Positions 12,135 to 24,400 of a DNA stretch of 64,000 nucleotides are shown here, piece after piece. The position numbers were made by a program, and so were the translations under genes. The DNA is from Fistulifera solaris (taxonomy: Eukaryota). The stretch lies in NCBI GenBank assembly GCA_030295235.1, contig AP026126.1, positions 806,001 through 870,000 on the forward strand. Reading direction: 5' to 3'. Below the pieces are notes generated by a model that searched no databases, was not told where the DNA came from, and was given only the letters and a program-made list of their open reading frames with translations. How positions within the stretch are numbered: the stretch's first letter is position 1; each line of letters opens with the position of its first letter.

Positions 12135-13324
12135 CTAGATTACTCCATCTGCTCGAAGATTACCTTGTCGCATTTTCGATTGAAAATCCTCGTCTCTCAT
12201 CTCGGGAAGTTGAATACCAGGAAGGTATCCCATTTCTGATTGAGCATAGTTCAAATACTCGGAAAACATTTTGCTCTGTAACATGACTTGATTTCCCCAG
12301 ATAAACGGGTACATCTCGTCAATCAAGGTTGTCGCTTGCTCTTGGCCATTTTTCTCGGCCATTCCGAACATTCTCTCCTCAAATCCATAAGTCAAAGTGA
12401 TAGCCTTCCATCCCCTTAAAAGCTGTGACATTTCCCAGACCATTTCACTGACGTCTTCACTGTAGTAAGTAGCAACCTGTTCCACGGTGGTCGGCTGCGA
12501 CCGGACCACTCCTAATAGATGAAAGACTGCATCGAATGTATGCCTTTCCCACATGCGTCGACGCCACTCGCGGTAGAATAACACCGGACACCTCACTGCG
12601 TTTCGCTCCAGACGTTCGGCGATTGATCCAGCCCATTTTCCACACGATGCACAATCTCCGGCCCATTTTGTTTTTCCATAAGAATCCGGTCCCAAATTGA
12701 TGCTGAGATCTTCTACCTTCCCCGAGGGTGTAATACGCATGCCGCTGATCAGTACTTGTGTCATGGAGTCGCGGCAGAATCCTGGTCATCGAGAGATTCC
12801 AGAACACTGAGAAACGACTCCAAGTATTTCAATGAACAGAATCATAAAGAAACTTACCTTTTTCTTTTAGCACATCCTCAATATTACCAAACTCCAAGCC
12901 ACCCGAAAAGAAAATGAAATCCTCCGCTTTCGCCACATAACTTTCTTTCAAATTCGACAGAAATGCTTCCAATCTCCCACGGCGGAAGAGTTATATAAAT
13001 TGGATACGATTCATCAAACGGCGGAAGATCCTGGTCGGGTGTCAACACGAGGTCGTCTCCCGTCCCCATGGCCACGAGCGCGTTCGCCAAGTCGGACGAC
13101 GAAGGACTGGTGATGATGACGGAAGGACAATCGGCACTCTGATCCATGTCCTGTTTGCCACTATTGAGAAATTCCTGATATTCTTTGACGGCCCTCGAAT
13201 CGGACCAAGTCGCCATGAACGTACTGGTCGTCGAAGTAGGTGCATGTTTCGGTGCTACGAGAAAGGCGGACGACACTTTCTGGCCGAGTATGACAAAGAG
13301 CCACGTCAGAGTAAAGGAGTTCAT
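12135..13324 (-). CDS. Predicted plastid-targeted protein, possibly a divergent ketopantoate-reductase-like fold
   Basis: Signal peptide MNSFTLTWLFVILGQKVSSA followed by F (SSA-FLVAP, ASAFAP-like). Intron ~12807-12857; frameshift near 12955. The fold call is tentative and rests on ALVAMG..D.V and CGKWAGSIAERL. Confidence 0.65.
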
Positions 13325-13836
13325 GTTTTTTAACTCGAAGAAAGCAGATAACCGAGTTGAATCCTTTTCTATCGTGTAATAAATGAAAGGTAACAGACGA
13401 AGAAGCATGAAAAAATAATTAAACTTTCTTACTTTATCGTTGTGGCTTCGTCTGTATGGCACGGTTGTCTGCGTTCGTCGTCATCGTTACTGCAAAAATA
13501 GAGGGGAAACAAATAGGTGTCGCAGTGGCTTGTGTGCTTAACAATGGTTCCCGCCCGCCCGCTGGGCAGGCACGCGCGCACAGCCGCGCCTTGGCGGAGA
13601 AAAATGTCGGACGAGATGATGCTTGTTGCTTGTTATGCGCGTCCGACACCAAGGATACCTGGTAACCTTACCAGGTATTCATTCCTATCAATTTGTTCAT
13701 TGAGGAACACTTGCATCATTAAGATATCCAAACTGAATCTTTAAAGTACCTGAAGCTCTCAAGTTGACTTTCTGTACAACCGGCTCGTCTCACATTACCT
13801 CGCACAATCAACAACAACTCGTATTACACCACAACA

Positions 13837-15128
13837 ATGACAGCTCCGAAAACCAATCACACGACACGTGCTTTTTCGAAACACCAACCCAACTGGCAGC
13901 GCTTTCAAAGCGATTTAGTGATTCCTTCTTCCAACGTTGGGGGCGATAAGAATGCGGCCCCGAACGTGTATCAACGACAGTACTCGCATGTCTATCACCA
14001 ACGTCTCGCCGCGCTCGGTCCACGGTGCTGGGAGACCATGTTGCCATCGGATGTTGTGCAAGTGAAGCGTATTTTAGAGCTCAAAGAGGGTGAGCCGTCT
14101 TTGGTGGTAGGAACACTGGTCCGGGGAGACCACGAATACGAAAGAACCGACGTTACATCCGCACTCGGAATGCCGAAAGTCCGATGCCTTGTATTTAGAA
14201 GATGAGAGTGGCCGTGTGGTGCTTGAGGTTCCGGAAATGCATACTTACTGTACAGGACTTGTCGTAGGTCTTCGCGGGACGGTTCAAATGGATGGAGTCA
14301 TGTTGGTGGAAGAAGTGTACGCACCCGCGATGAGTCCTCCCACACGCATGGAGACAACGCCTCTCAAAACACAGGCGGTGCCGCACTTGTTGTTGGTGTC
14401 AGGATTGCTCTGTGGAGGATCCAATGTCTCTTCGCTTCCGCGAGACTTGTTACTATCGTTCTTGCAGGGTCGGTTCGGAGTAGAAAAGGCTGCGTTGATC
14501 AGTCAAGTCGTGGTCGCGGGAGGACTCGTCCGCGCAGATGACAAAGTCTTACAGGCCGATGCCTTGCGTGATCTCGATGGTTTTCTGTTGCAAGTATCGG
14601 CTGCTGGGATTCCGGTCGATGTCATTCCCGGGCAGAACGATCCGACTACCGCCAATTGGCCGCAAAGACCCTTGCATTCGGCTCTGTTGCCGCGATCCAG
14701 TGTATATTCTAATTTGGTGCGTCGTACGCCCAATCCCTACGCTGCTGTACACAATGATCATGTCGTCATTGGTGCAGATGGGAGAAATGTAGCCGATTTG
14801 ACGCGTCGTCTTTTTGAAAAAGGAGGACGATGATGCGTTGGTGCCCCTGTCCGAACTGGAAGCCTTGCAGCGTTCGCTGGAATGGAGACACATTTGTCCC
14901 ACGGGGCCCGATTCCATCCCCACCGTTCCTCATGCCGAATCGGATCCCATGTGTATTACACAGGTGCCGTCCGTTTACTTTTGTGGCAATGCTCACGCAT
15001 TCGACACTTTGATTAGCAACGGGACAAGATTAATTTGTGTGCCCGAATTTGCGACAACAGGACAAGCCATTCTGGTCAATCTGGAAAACCTTGATGTCGA
15101 AATTCTAAGCTTTGACGCTCAAATCTAA
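13837..15128 (+). CDS. POLD2: DNA polymerase delta small subunit (POLD2/Pol31/Cdc1)
   Basis: YQRQYSHVYHQRL, LEDESGRV, VDVIPGQNDP...WPQRPLH, WRHICPTGPD and PSVYFCGN. Frameshifts near 14160 and 14820. Confidence 0.93.
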
Positions 15129-15180
15129 CTATAAACAAAATTATGAATTTATTACGTTACAATTGCTAGCAAAACAAAAC

Positions 15181-16972
15181 TCACTTGCGATATTTGCGGA
15201 GTTGATTCGTCAGCTCTTCGGGCAGTAAAGGTACATGAACGAGACCAATGCTTTTGCTGAATTTGTTAGCAGCGTCCATGATCTCGTCTGCTGATATGTT
15301 CCGCCGCGCGTATTCTTGGTAGTAGGCAACCATCGAGAGATAGGCTGCCTCCGCTTTCGGGGTAAGCGTAGCGTGTCGGCTCCCTATCAAATGTTTCCCT
15401 TTGTCCAGTCGCCCTTGGTCGTTCTGATCCAGAGACACAATTGCTTTGTGTTGAGGCACGTTTTGTTTGATAAAAGTCTTCTGCAAAGCGGATTCAAAGG
15501 GCAAAAGCACTTGCAAACCAGCGCCTTCTTTTCCGGCGCGACCAGTCCGTCCGAGACGGTGTAGGTACAGATCAGCACTATAAGGAGCGCCGTACTGGTG
15601 GTTCATCATCGATGAGAAAGAGATGAAAACACAATAATTTAACAAAAACTCTGCAGTGAAAGGAATGTACTTACCTGAATTACGCACGTTACATCCGGAT
15701 AATCCATACCACGTGCTGTGACATCGCTAGTCAACAAAATACCATTCGTGGCACTTCGGAAGGAGCTGCTGACTCGAGATCTAGAAGATTGAGACATCCG
15801 CGAATGGATCTCCCATAAAGGACCGATTTCTATCACAGCTGACAGGTACTCGGCAAAAAATCGAGCAAGCTTTGCAGTCGGAAAGAAAACTACGAGCTTG
15901 AACCTATCCGGTTGATCTGTCATGGCTGACCGTAATAGAGATACAAGTGTGCAAACGTAGTCATCCATGTCAGTGAGCTGCAAGTAGGATTGCTTCACTT
16001 GACTGTTTGCGCGTTCTCCGGATGCGATGTTGCCTACGCAGTCAATTTTTACGTAATCCTTCGGCAGATACTGCTCAAAGCTTTTCTCGACACTCTTGGG
16101 CAAAGTTGCCGAGAATAGAAGCGTTTGGCGTTTCTCCGGTCGAGGCAGCTGAGATGAAATTGCTTTGATGTCCTTCCAAAATCCTTCTACGAGGCGGTCG
16201 GTCTCATCCAACACTATGATGGGAATGTCCGACAGCATGATGTCTCCAAATCTTCTACCCTTGACACGAGTTTCGCGAATATGGTCTAGCAAACGCCCTG
16301 TGGTAGACACCAAAATAGCCGGTTTATGCTTTGCCCACATGTTCGAATCCCTTCGCATTTGCGTCCCGCCATACATAGACTGCACTATCCAGGTTTTTGG
16401 GAAGTACTTCACAAGTCGTTCCGCTTCGTCTCCAATTTGCTGCGCGAGTTCACGAGTGGGTGCTATGATAAGTATCCCGACAGATCTTCCTGGAAGAAAA
16501 GTGCGAGTTTCGAGCAACCGCTGGATACTTGGCAAGAGAAAACTCAACGTTTTTCCTGTCCCCGTTTTTCGCCTTGCCCACGCACGACGTGCCTTTTAAA
16601 GCGTGAGGCCAACTTTGAGCTTGAATTTCCGTCATTTGCTCCAATCCCATTTCGCGTATACCACGCAGGAGAGAAGGATGTAAACTCTTGATTTCATCGA
16701 AACGTGTTGAAGTCAAAATAGAGGAATCTTGAAAGGCAGTCGATGTGGGAGATTGTTGTTCCTGGGGTGCGAAGGGTACACGAGCGCCTCGACGAATTGG
16801 TTGATTCGGTCTATCAGATCTGACACTTTGTGGAATGCAATCTGAAGAGAGGGAAAGCAGCGAAGCACTTGAATTGAATGATCTAGATCGGGGGAATAGA
16901 GGGGAGAAAAGCATCTGCGCTTAAGCAGACTAGGAGTACTGCCAGTAGGTGAGCTCGGAAATAATGCCTCAT
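15181..16972 (-). CDS. DEAD-box-family RNA helicase (Mss116-like) with a bipartite plastid-targeting peptide; motif II reads DETD
   Basis: Q motif (MTEIQ), AKTGTGKT across a frameshift near 16560, APTRELAQQI, LDETDRL, FSAT, ARGMD and YLHRLGRTGRAG. ATG 16972 gives MRHYFRAHLLAVLLVCLSADA-FLP. Intron near 15596-15674. Confidence 0.88.
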
Positions 16973-18450
16973 TTGTTTTTAGCCTACGAAAAGAACGCTC
17001 AGCGTGAGATATTGCCAGGTACGCAATAAATTCACCTTTCAAAACAATAGCCATCATACAAATGCCTCGTTCTTAATCGACATCAAGGTCGTCTCAGCAT
17101 AACGCTGTAACAAATCTTTCCGACTCGTCATCTAAAAAGTTTCTTAATCACTTGGCCCTAAACTTTGATTTTGTCAATAAGTCAGGAACAAACTTACCGC
17201 TTTGGAAACAAAAAGAGATAGGGCAATCATACAACCATTTTAATGGTTGGTACTTGGCATCGCGTTGCGTTGCATGTTAAAAATGTGCGTTTGTTGTTCC
17301 TCTTTGATCATTCGAATGATGGTGACTTGTTGGATTTTTTGTTTGCTTTTCTTGTTTTGTCTGATGGTCGGAATAGCGAGCGAGTGGTGGGAGCGTGGGA
17401 GCACGGAACGGTCCGGCCCCAGGACAGACGAGCGTCTGATTGTAAATTGTAAATTGTACTCGACGACTGACGACTCGGTGCAGTGGTGCAGTCTGTGTTA
17501 GGGATAAGGGATGGAGCTGGGGGATCATCCGGGTTGTGCCGGCTCGTTCCTCATGCCGATTACTTGTGCTTTCTAGCTCGTGCTATGCGAAGTAATCAAT
17601 AACGTTGCAAACTTTGTTGAAAAAAGTGGTGGATAATGACAAAATGCCAGGAGTACAATGATTCATGACTCGGGACTCAATCCCAGTCGTGGTGAAATTA
17701 AAGTTATTAATGTGAATAAAATTGAGAGATTATCGTGTTTGTGTCATATTTCTATGACAGAACCAAAAACCCATCACTAGATATCTAGATCACACGGATT
17801 CCCACGTCACTTGGAGTTTGTGAGCAAGAAGGCTTTCATCTGAATCAGACTACGAAATTTAAGTTCGGAGGTTTATTTATAATGGAACGGAAGCCCCTTT
17901 GAGTTAGAAGACTAAAAATAATCGTTTTCGTTTTTCCCAATACTTAACGAATTATGATCTCATTAATGCTGTTGCTGCTATTTATGTTGTTTTTGCATTA
18001 ATTTCATCAGACGAAATTTTTCATCCCTCCCTCGTGTACTAGAAGGCGAAGTGTAGGTTCTCGAATGGTGTGATTCACTTCAGAAGTAGTCCCGGAATGA
18101 ATTTTTGCCCAAATTCACTAGTGAAATGAAACTTTCTCTGTACTATTGTCGAACCATTAATACCAGAAGATTAGGCTTCTATTATGATAGCATTGGTTTT
18201 GTTGCTCTTAATGATGGTTGATGGTTGATGTTGTTACTAGGTTGAAATCACAAACCCAAGGCTTGAAGTATCTAGTAAAGTGTTGTCTTGACACCATGCC
18301 TGTTTGCGTCCGTTGTTTCCGTCTTGTTTTACACCTGCACTGCACACGCCACTGCCAGCAGCAGGCGACCAAACAAAACAATACTACGTAATAGCAAGCG
18401 AGATCTTTTGCCATTCTTCATTCCGTAAAGATATTGGGAATTGTGATAGT

Positions 18451-21400
18451 ATGGATTCTCCTCCCGGCGCTTCTCCGTTAATGACGGGTAGCATGAACTG
18501 GGATCCCGTCCGAAGACGATTATTGGGTGTAGACCTTTCGGATGGATTGTTGGCAGCAACGGAGCTGCGCGAAAATATAGATGTGGTTCACGGCAAAGAA
18601 TTTCCTCTTATGCTCTCCGCTTTATTACCTTCATTTTCAAGTGTTCTTACTCACCGAACAAAGCCATCTTCCGACGTGTCTTCGGTCGAACACCGATTCC
18701 GCAATACCATTCTCGATATCATTTCCAAATTTCCCTGCAATGACGTTCTCCGGCCCCATGCTCCGCACCTTGTTGCCCTGGCGATCGACATACTGAACCG
18801 AGATTACGAAGACAATGCGTTGCTTGCTTGTCGAATCATTTTTGACCTTTATAAGGTGTATCGTGCTCTCCCGCAAGAGTATGTTCAACCATACGTCGAC
18901 TATGTGCTGAATGCTTATCGGTCGCTTCCCGTCGCAATGCAAAGAAACTTCGTTTTGCCGACTACAGCAACAGCTACTACAGTAGTAGCAGTTGAGCCTA
19001 CAAGTGCGGCAAAAGACGATGTTAAAGAGGGAACCACGATGACAATTACTGCTGAGGCGGCGGAGTCCTCGACGCCTTCTGCCCCACAAGTACATGCACT
19101 TCGTTCCAATGTTTCTTTTCGTGTTTTGACTGAATGTCCTTTGATGGTGATGCTTATGTTCCAGCTTTACCCAAAGTACGTCAACAACAATGTACCTGTG
19201 CTAATTCGAGTGATGATGGAGGCCTTGGCTCTACGAGCCCCGAAACTAGAGTCGTTGACAGGAAACCAGCCTTCTTCTCCCGCGTCCTCCATCGATCCAC
19301 AAGCCAAGCGTCTATACTTCAGTCGAACTCGTGAACTGGTGGGCGCACAAGCGAAAACCCTCTCTTTTCTGACGTATTTGTTACGGAGCTTTTCCTCTGA
19401 ATTAAAAGCGTACGAGGACAGGTTGGCCAGCAATGTGGTATCGCTCATGACAATCTGCCCACGGGAATCGGTGTCAACACGAAAAGAATTACTTGTGGCG
19501 ACGCGTCATTTACTCAACAGTGATTTTCGCAAGGGTTTCTTTAAACATGTGGATGTCATGTTGGACGAACGTGTTTTAATGGGATCTCATAATCCCAACG
19601 TTGTTTCGGATCAAGCAATGCTAAGGCCACTAGCATATACGACTCTCTCGGATCTGGTTCAGCATGTTCGGACTGGCTTGACCATGCCGCAAATATCACG
19701 TGTGGTGACTATTTTTCGAGGGTGCTTCATGATAGCAGCATGACGCTACCCATGTCTACGCAGTACATAGCTATCCGCACATTACTAAGTGTTGTCGATG
19801 TGATCTTTCACAATAAAGATCCTAATCCGCAACTCGGAAGGGATATGTTGGTGCGAGCTCTTTCGGCTATGGTGAATAAACTGTCTTCGCTGTGCGAAAA
19901 TTTCAGTTTGGAGAATGACTACGCATACAACCGTTCGAGTAAATGGGTTCTTGGTGATCTCGCACCCGCAGATTCTGTTCGTGACATTCAAAGCATGATC
20001 CGAGCGATTATCGTAGGTCACAAGACAATCATTTACTACTTGAATGGTTATCGCAATCAAAGAGAGAAGATTGGCGATAAAAAAGATTTTCGTCCGACTA
20101 TTCCTGCGGGGTCAAACGAAGAAGTGTCTTCGGGCCTTTTTAAGCTAACTCACACGGAGGTAGCGCTGATTGATCGTTTTATTTCTGCAACTTTCCCAGC
20201 TGTGAAACTATTGACGATTCCTGATCCGAATCACACCACACTTCCAGCTGAGAAAAGCTTGGTTGAGCAACACCGAGATGCACTTACATATTTTGCTTCC
20301 GCTTTTACTACTCTTGATGGGCATAATCTACGGCGGACATTAGGACTTCGCATGGATCTTCTTTATGATGCTATCGTTGATGATCCCACGGTCATGATAG
20401 TTCCAAGGCATCTACTCGCTGCGAACGGATCCACTAGCTTTGAATTCTGTAGCATCCTTCTCGATTTTCTCATGGATCATTTAAATGAGATTTCCTTTTC
20501 GCGGAATTCAGACATTGTGTTTTTGGACCAATGCCCGTCCATTGGTAGCCTGGATCCAAAGCAGCATGCGGAGAATTGTCTGAAACGCTTGACTCAACTC
20601 CCGCCTGAAGGAGAGACAGCTAGGGTGAGAAAAAGCAACACCTTACTGCAGCTTTTTGAAAGAGTCCTTAAGTCCTTATCTGTATTCCCAGATAATGAAG
20701 CTGCCGTCCGGCGTCACCTTCGTCGGATAGTTGCCACATGTCTTCGTAATTCCATGGAGAATGTCGAGGCCTGGCCGGATAACAACTGTATGCTGCTTCG
20801 CTACGTCTTTCGATCGATTTCAGCCGGAAAATTTGAAGAATCTTATCGTGAATTACTCCCTTTGATACCTTTTGTCTTGAATGGACTTCACCGAATCATA
20901 TCGCTTTCAAAAGATTCACTTGTACTTCGACAGACAGCCATCGAACTTTGCCTAACTATTCCAGCCCGACTCTCCTCTCTTCTTCCGCACCTGAATCTTC
21001 TTCTTCGAATTATAATTCCTGCTCTCGAATCAAGTTTGGGAGACTTGGTGAACTTGGGGTAAGAAATGTGGTTTATGTCCTTCAAATCGATTTGTCGCTC
21101 GATTCGATATCTCTTACGAGCAACGTTACTTGACTAGACTTCGGACCTTAGAATTCTGGATAGATAATCTCAATCCTCTTTTCCTTCACCCTGAAATCTC
21201 GAAAGAGAAAGAAACGTTTTCCTGTTTAATGGTTGCCCTTTCGCGGCACCTACGCCCGGCTCCGTACCCTTACGGGCTTCTCACTTTACGGTTGCTCGGA
21301 AGCTGGGTGGCAAAAATCGCGAGTTTTTGCGTGAGCCGATGAGTCTTCCACCGGGGCCTGAAATGAGTGACAACTCTTGCTTTGTTAGGTGCAGGTGGAA

Positions 21401-24400
21401 AAAGATGATGGTTTTCTCTGTTCTACGCAAAGTGAATTTCCGCTTCCATACCCCCCTCGGACGATGTATCCGGTTACTTAAGTAAGTTTTGCGCGGAATG
21501 TAGACATAGAGCATTTTCATAACTCATTTATCTTCTTTTCAGATTGGTAGCACAGGAGGAAATAACGAGAAATCAGCTTAAAATCGATGATGCGAGAGAC
21601 GCCCCATGTGCAATTGTTTCCACTTGGAACGACAGCGAAAAACTATGGGGCTGTCGGATATTTGAGGTTGATTTTCCCGCATACTCGAGAGACGTTTCGA
21701 AAGTTATCCTATGTAAACAATCGAGAGCTGCCTTGAATGTCCTTCGTCATTCGTTTTTACATGCCCTTGACTCCAATGAGAGCACTACCAAAACGGAATG
21801 TAACTCAGAATGCAAGCGGAAGATTATACGGGATTGCCTGTGTGGTCTGATGTTAGCAGGAATGATTGACTCTCTCAAGAAAGAAGCCGTTCGTTTAGTT
21901 ACCGCTAACTTATCTCGCATTCCAGTTGATGAGCTTATCACGAGCTTTTCAGCTTTCATCGTTGTTGCTCCTTTGGGTTCCGAAACCGTAGTCAAAGAGC
22001 TACTTGCAAAGTTCGTTCAAATTGAAGGGACACCCGACGATAGTCAACAAGATACTTTATGCTCATGTCTAGCTAGTCTCTGTGAAGGCTATGGCGGTTC
22101 TACATGGTACAAGCATCGTGCCTTTCAGGCGGCAATACTCTTTGTCATTGACTTGATGGACCAATCAACAATTCAAAAGCTCGAACTGAATCTCGTTAAT
22201 TCGTCGTTTGTGGCCATAAAATCTATACCTCGTGAGCTTTCAAGAAAAGGGGTCGAGGCCGCTTTGTTTGCAATTCGACTGTGCTGTCGTCTGTATCGTC
22301 CCAGCGCTGCCTTCGAGGAAAGCATAATTCTTTGGGATGGAGATAATACTGATATGAATAACGCAGAAGCAGACGCGGTGTCTCAGAATTGCTGTCGTCC
22401 AAATGCCGACTCATTTAAAATTATTTTTCAGTCTATTGCTTCTATGCAACATCTTGTGCGGTAAGTTGCTCAAACTTGACGTTTGGGGGAGGGGTCTTTG
22501 TTAAATACGGAGTATCTGATTTTCTGCTTAGATTCACGGCACGATTTGTGTTGGTCAATTTCATTTTAAGACCATTTTCAGTGGAACAGAATAAGGAGTT
22601 TGTCGCAGAGCATATGTCTTTTATTACCAGAGTACTTTTTTTCTCGATCACTTCGGCTGATGCCTCTGCCTCAGCAAGCCGGCATTGTCGACGGCCTTAC
22701 TGTTGTCATCAATGAGCTTCCAAATTTAATCCCTCTGTCTGACCAGCACCTTCTAGCCTTTTTATCCGAACTTTTAAAAATGTCATCCGTCGCTGATGGG
22801 GAAATGACTGACAATACGCTTGCTAATTCTGTGGTCGACAAAAATGGATACGTCGGGACTCCCATTGATCTAAACACACATTTTCGACCGTCGCATGCTG
22901 CAGCTTTATTCAATCGCCGCGAATGTATGGCTCGTTTTCAAAAAGCTTGGCTCGATGTCCCAGACGAATGTCCTGTTGGTGTGGAACTACGAGTAGCATC
23001 GATAAGGCTTTTTCACGTCGCAATTAAAGTGCATACTGACGCTTTCTTTGATGCAGACACCAGCACCCCAATTGGTAAGACATCGGCTTTTGGAATCGAC
23101 ACCTTATATTCGACTAACAAGGTTTTGTCCTATTTCATAGGAAACATTCGTCCCCATGTCGTGAGCCTACTGTTTCGCTCGTTAGTATCTTTTCCCCTGA
23201 GAGCCGTTAATGCTGCTCACTGCGCTCTTGGCGACGTTCTGTCTCTCAGTGTTGTTGCGAAATCAGGTGAATCCTCTGACAAGCCACAGTCTCGTCTTCC
23301 GAAAGAGTTACTCCAGACGTGTATACGGCCTGTTTTGTTGCATTTACGAGAGTACACTCGTCTCTCCGTCCCTCTACTCCGGGGTCTTTCGCGCCTACTT
23401 GACCTCTTGAGTTCCTGGTTTAATAAAACCTTAGGCGAAAAATTGTTGGACCACCTCCAAAAGTGGGCTGATCCCCCAAGGATAGTTGGGCATAGCATCT
23501 GGAAACAGGGCACTGAGCCTCTTGTTGCAGCAGGCATAATTGACATATTCGCGTCTCTCCCACATTCCCCGAATTTCGTGGAACCTTTGGTCAAAACCTG
23601 CATAAAGCTCGAAGCTGCCCTTCCTGCTTTCAAGGGTAGATTTCTGACGTCGCCTTACCGTCAACCCCTTGCCAATTATCTAAACAAGCATCCTCAGGTC
23701 ACAGTCAACTTCTTTTCCAACGCTTCAAGACACCTATGTATAGTGAACTTTTTCAGGATCTTTTGACACATAATCAGAGTACAGAATTGAGGTTGTATCT
23801 TCGAAGCAAACAAAGTTCAGCAATGTTGTTGAATGTTTGTTTTGAGCGACCTCTGGCAATTATAAGGGCGGAAAAGACTGTTTCAGCTGGAACGACAAAA
23901 GCGTCTTTGGCAACTCATGGAATCCTTTTCCAATCTACTTCGCCCGATCAGTCAGGGATGACTGTAGATGCCCTCGAAATGCAATATCAGGGATTTCGCC
24001 TTGTAAATACACTTCTTTCCTACGATCCCGAGTATTTCGGTGAACACAATGACATTGTACGTGCTTTCAGGTGGTTGTGGAGAAGTAAGGGAAGATATCT
24101 TCGGATGCAACATGAAGATTTAGTACATCCTAGGTATCACGATGAGTCGGCAATGCTTGCTAAGTTCTTGATTGCGTACGCGAAATTTGTTCCGAATGAA
24201 GACATGGATATTTTATTCGAGTTGATAAGGGTGTTTCTGCAGCCTTCAACAAGTGATTACTCGGGTGTTGGTCAGTTTTTGGCGAGAACAGTCTCAACTG
24301 TTCTGACTCCTGGACAGAAACGGCAGGTCATACATCGATTCTTTGCCCTTATAGTGGGGGAAAGCAACGAAGAGACGAAGCTGTTAAGTATTCAATTTTT

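Noticed and set aside
17243..18300. Short ORFs or a possible snoRNA in the helicase-TRRAP intergenic region
   Set aside because: Only weak ATGATG/CTGA boxes with no recognisable rRNA-antisense element; the ORFs are low-complexity with no motifs.
18304..18450. Upstream extension of the TRRAP ORF from a TTG start
   Set aside because: Eukaryotic gene, so the first in-frame ATG (18451) is preferred. The same applies to the non-ATG extensions of PCS (60906) and OGG1 (46568).
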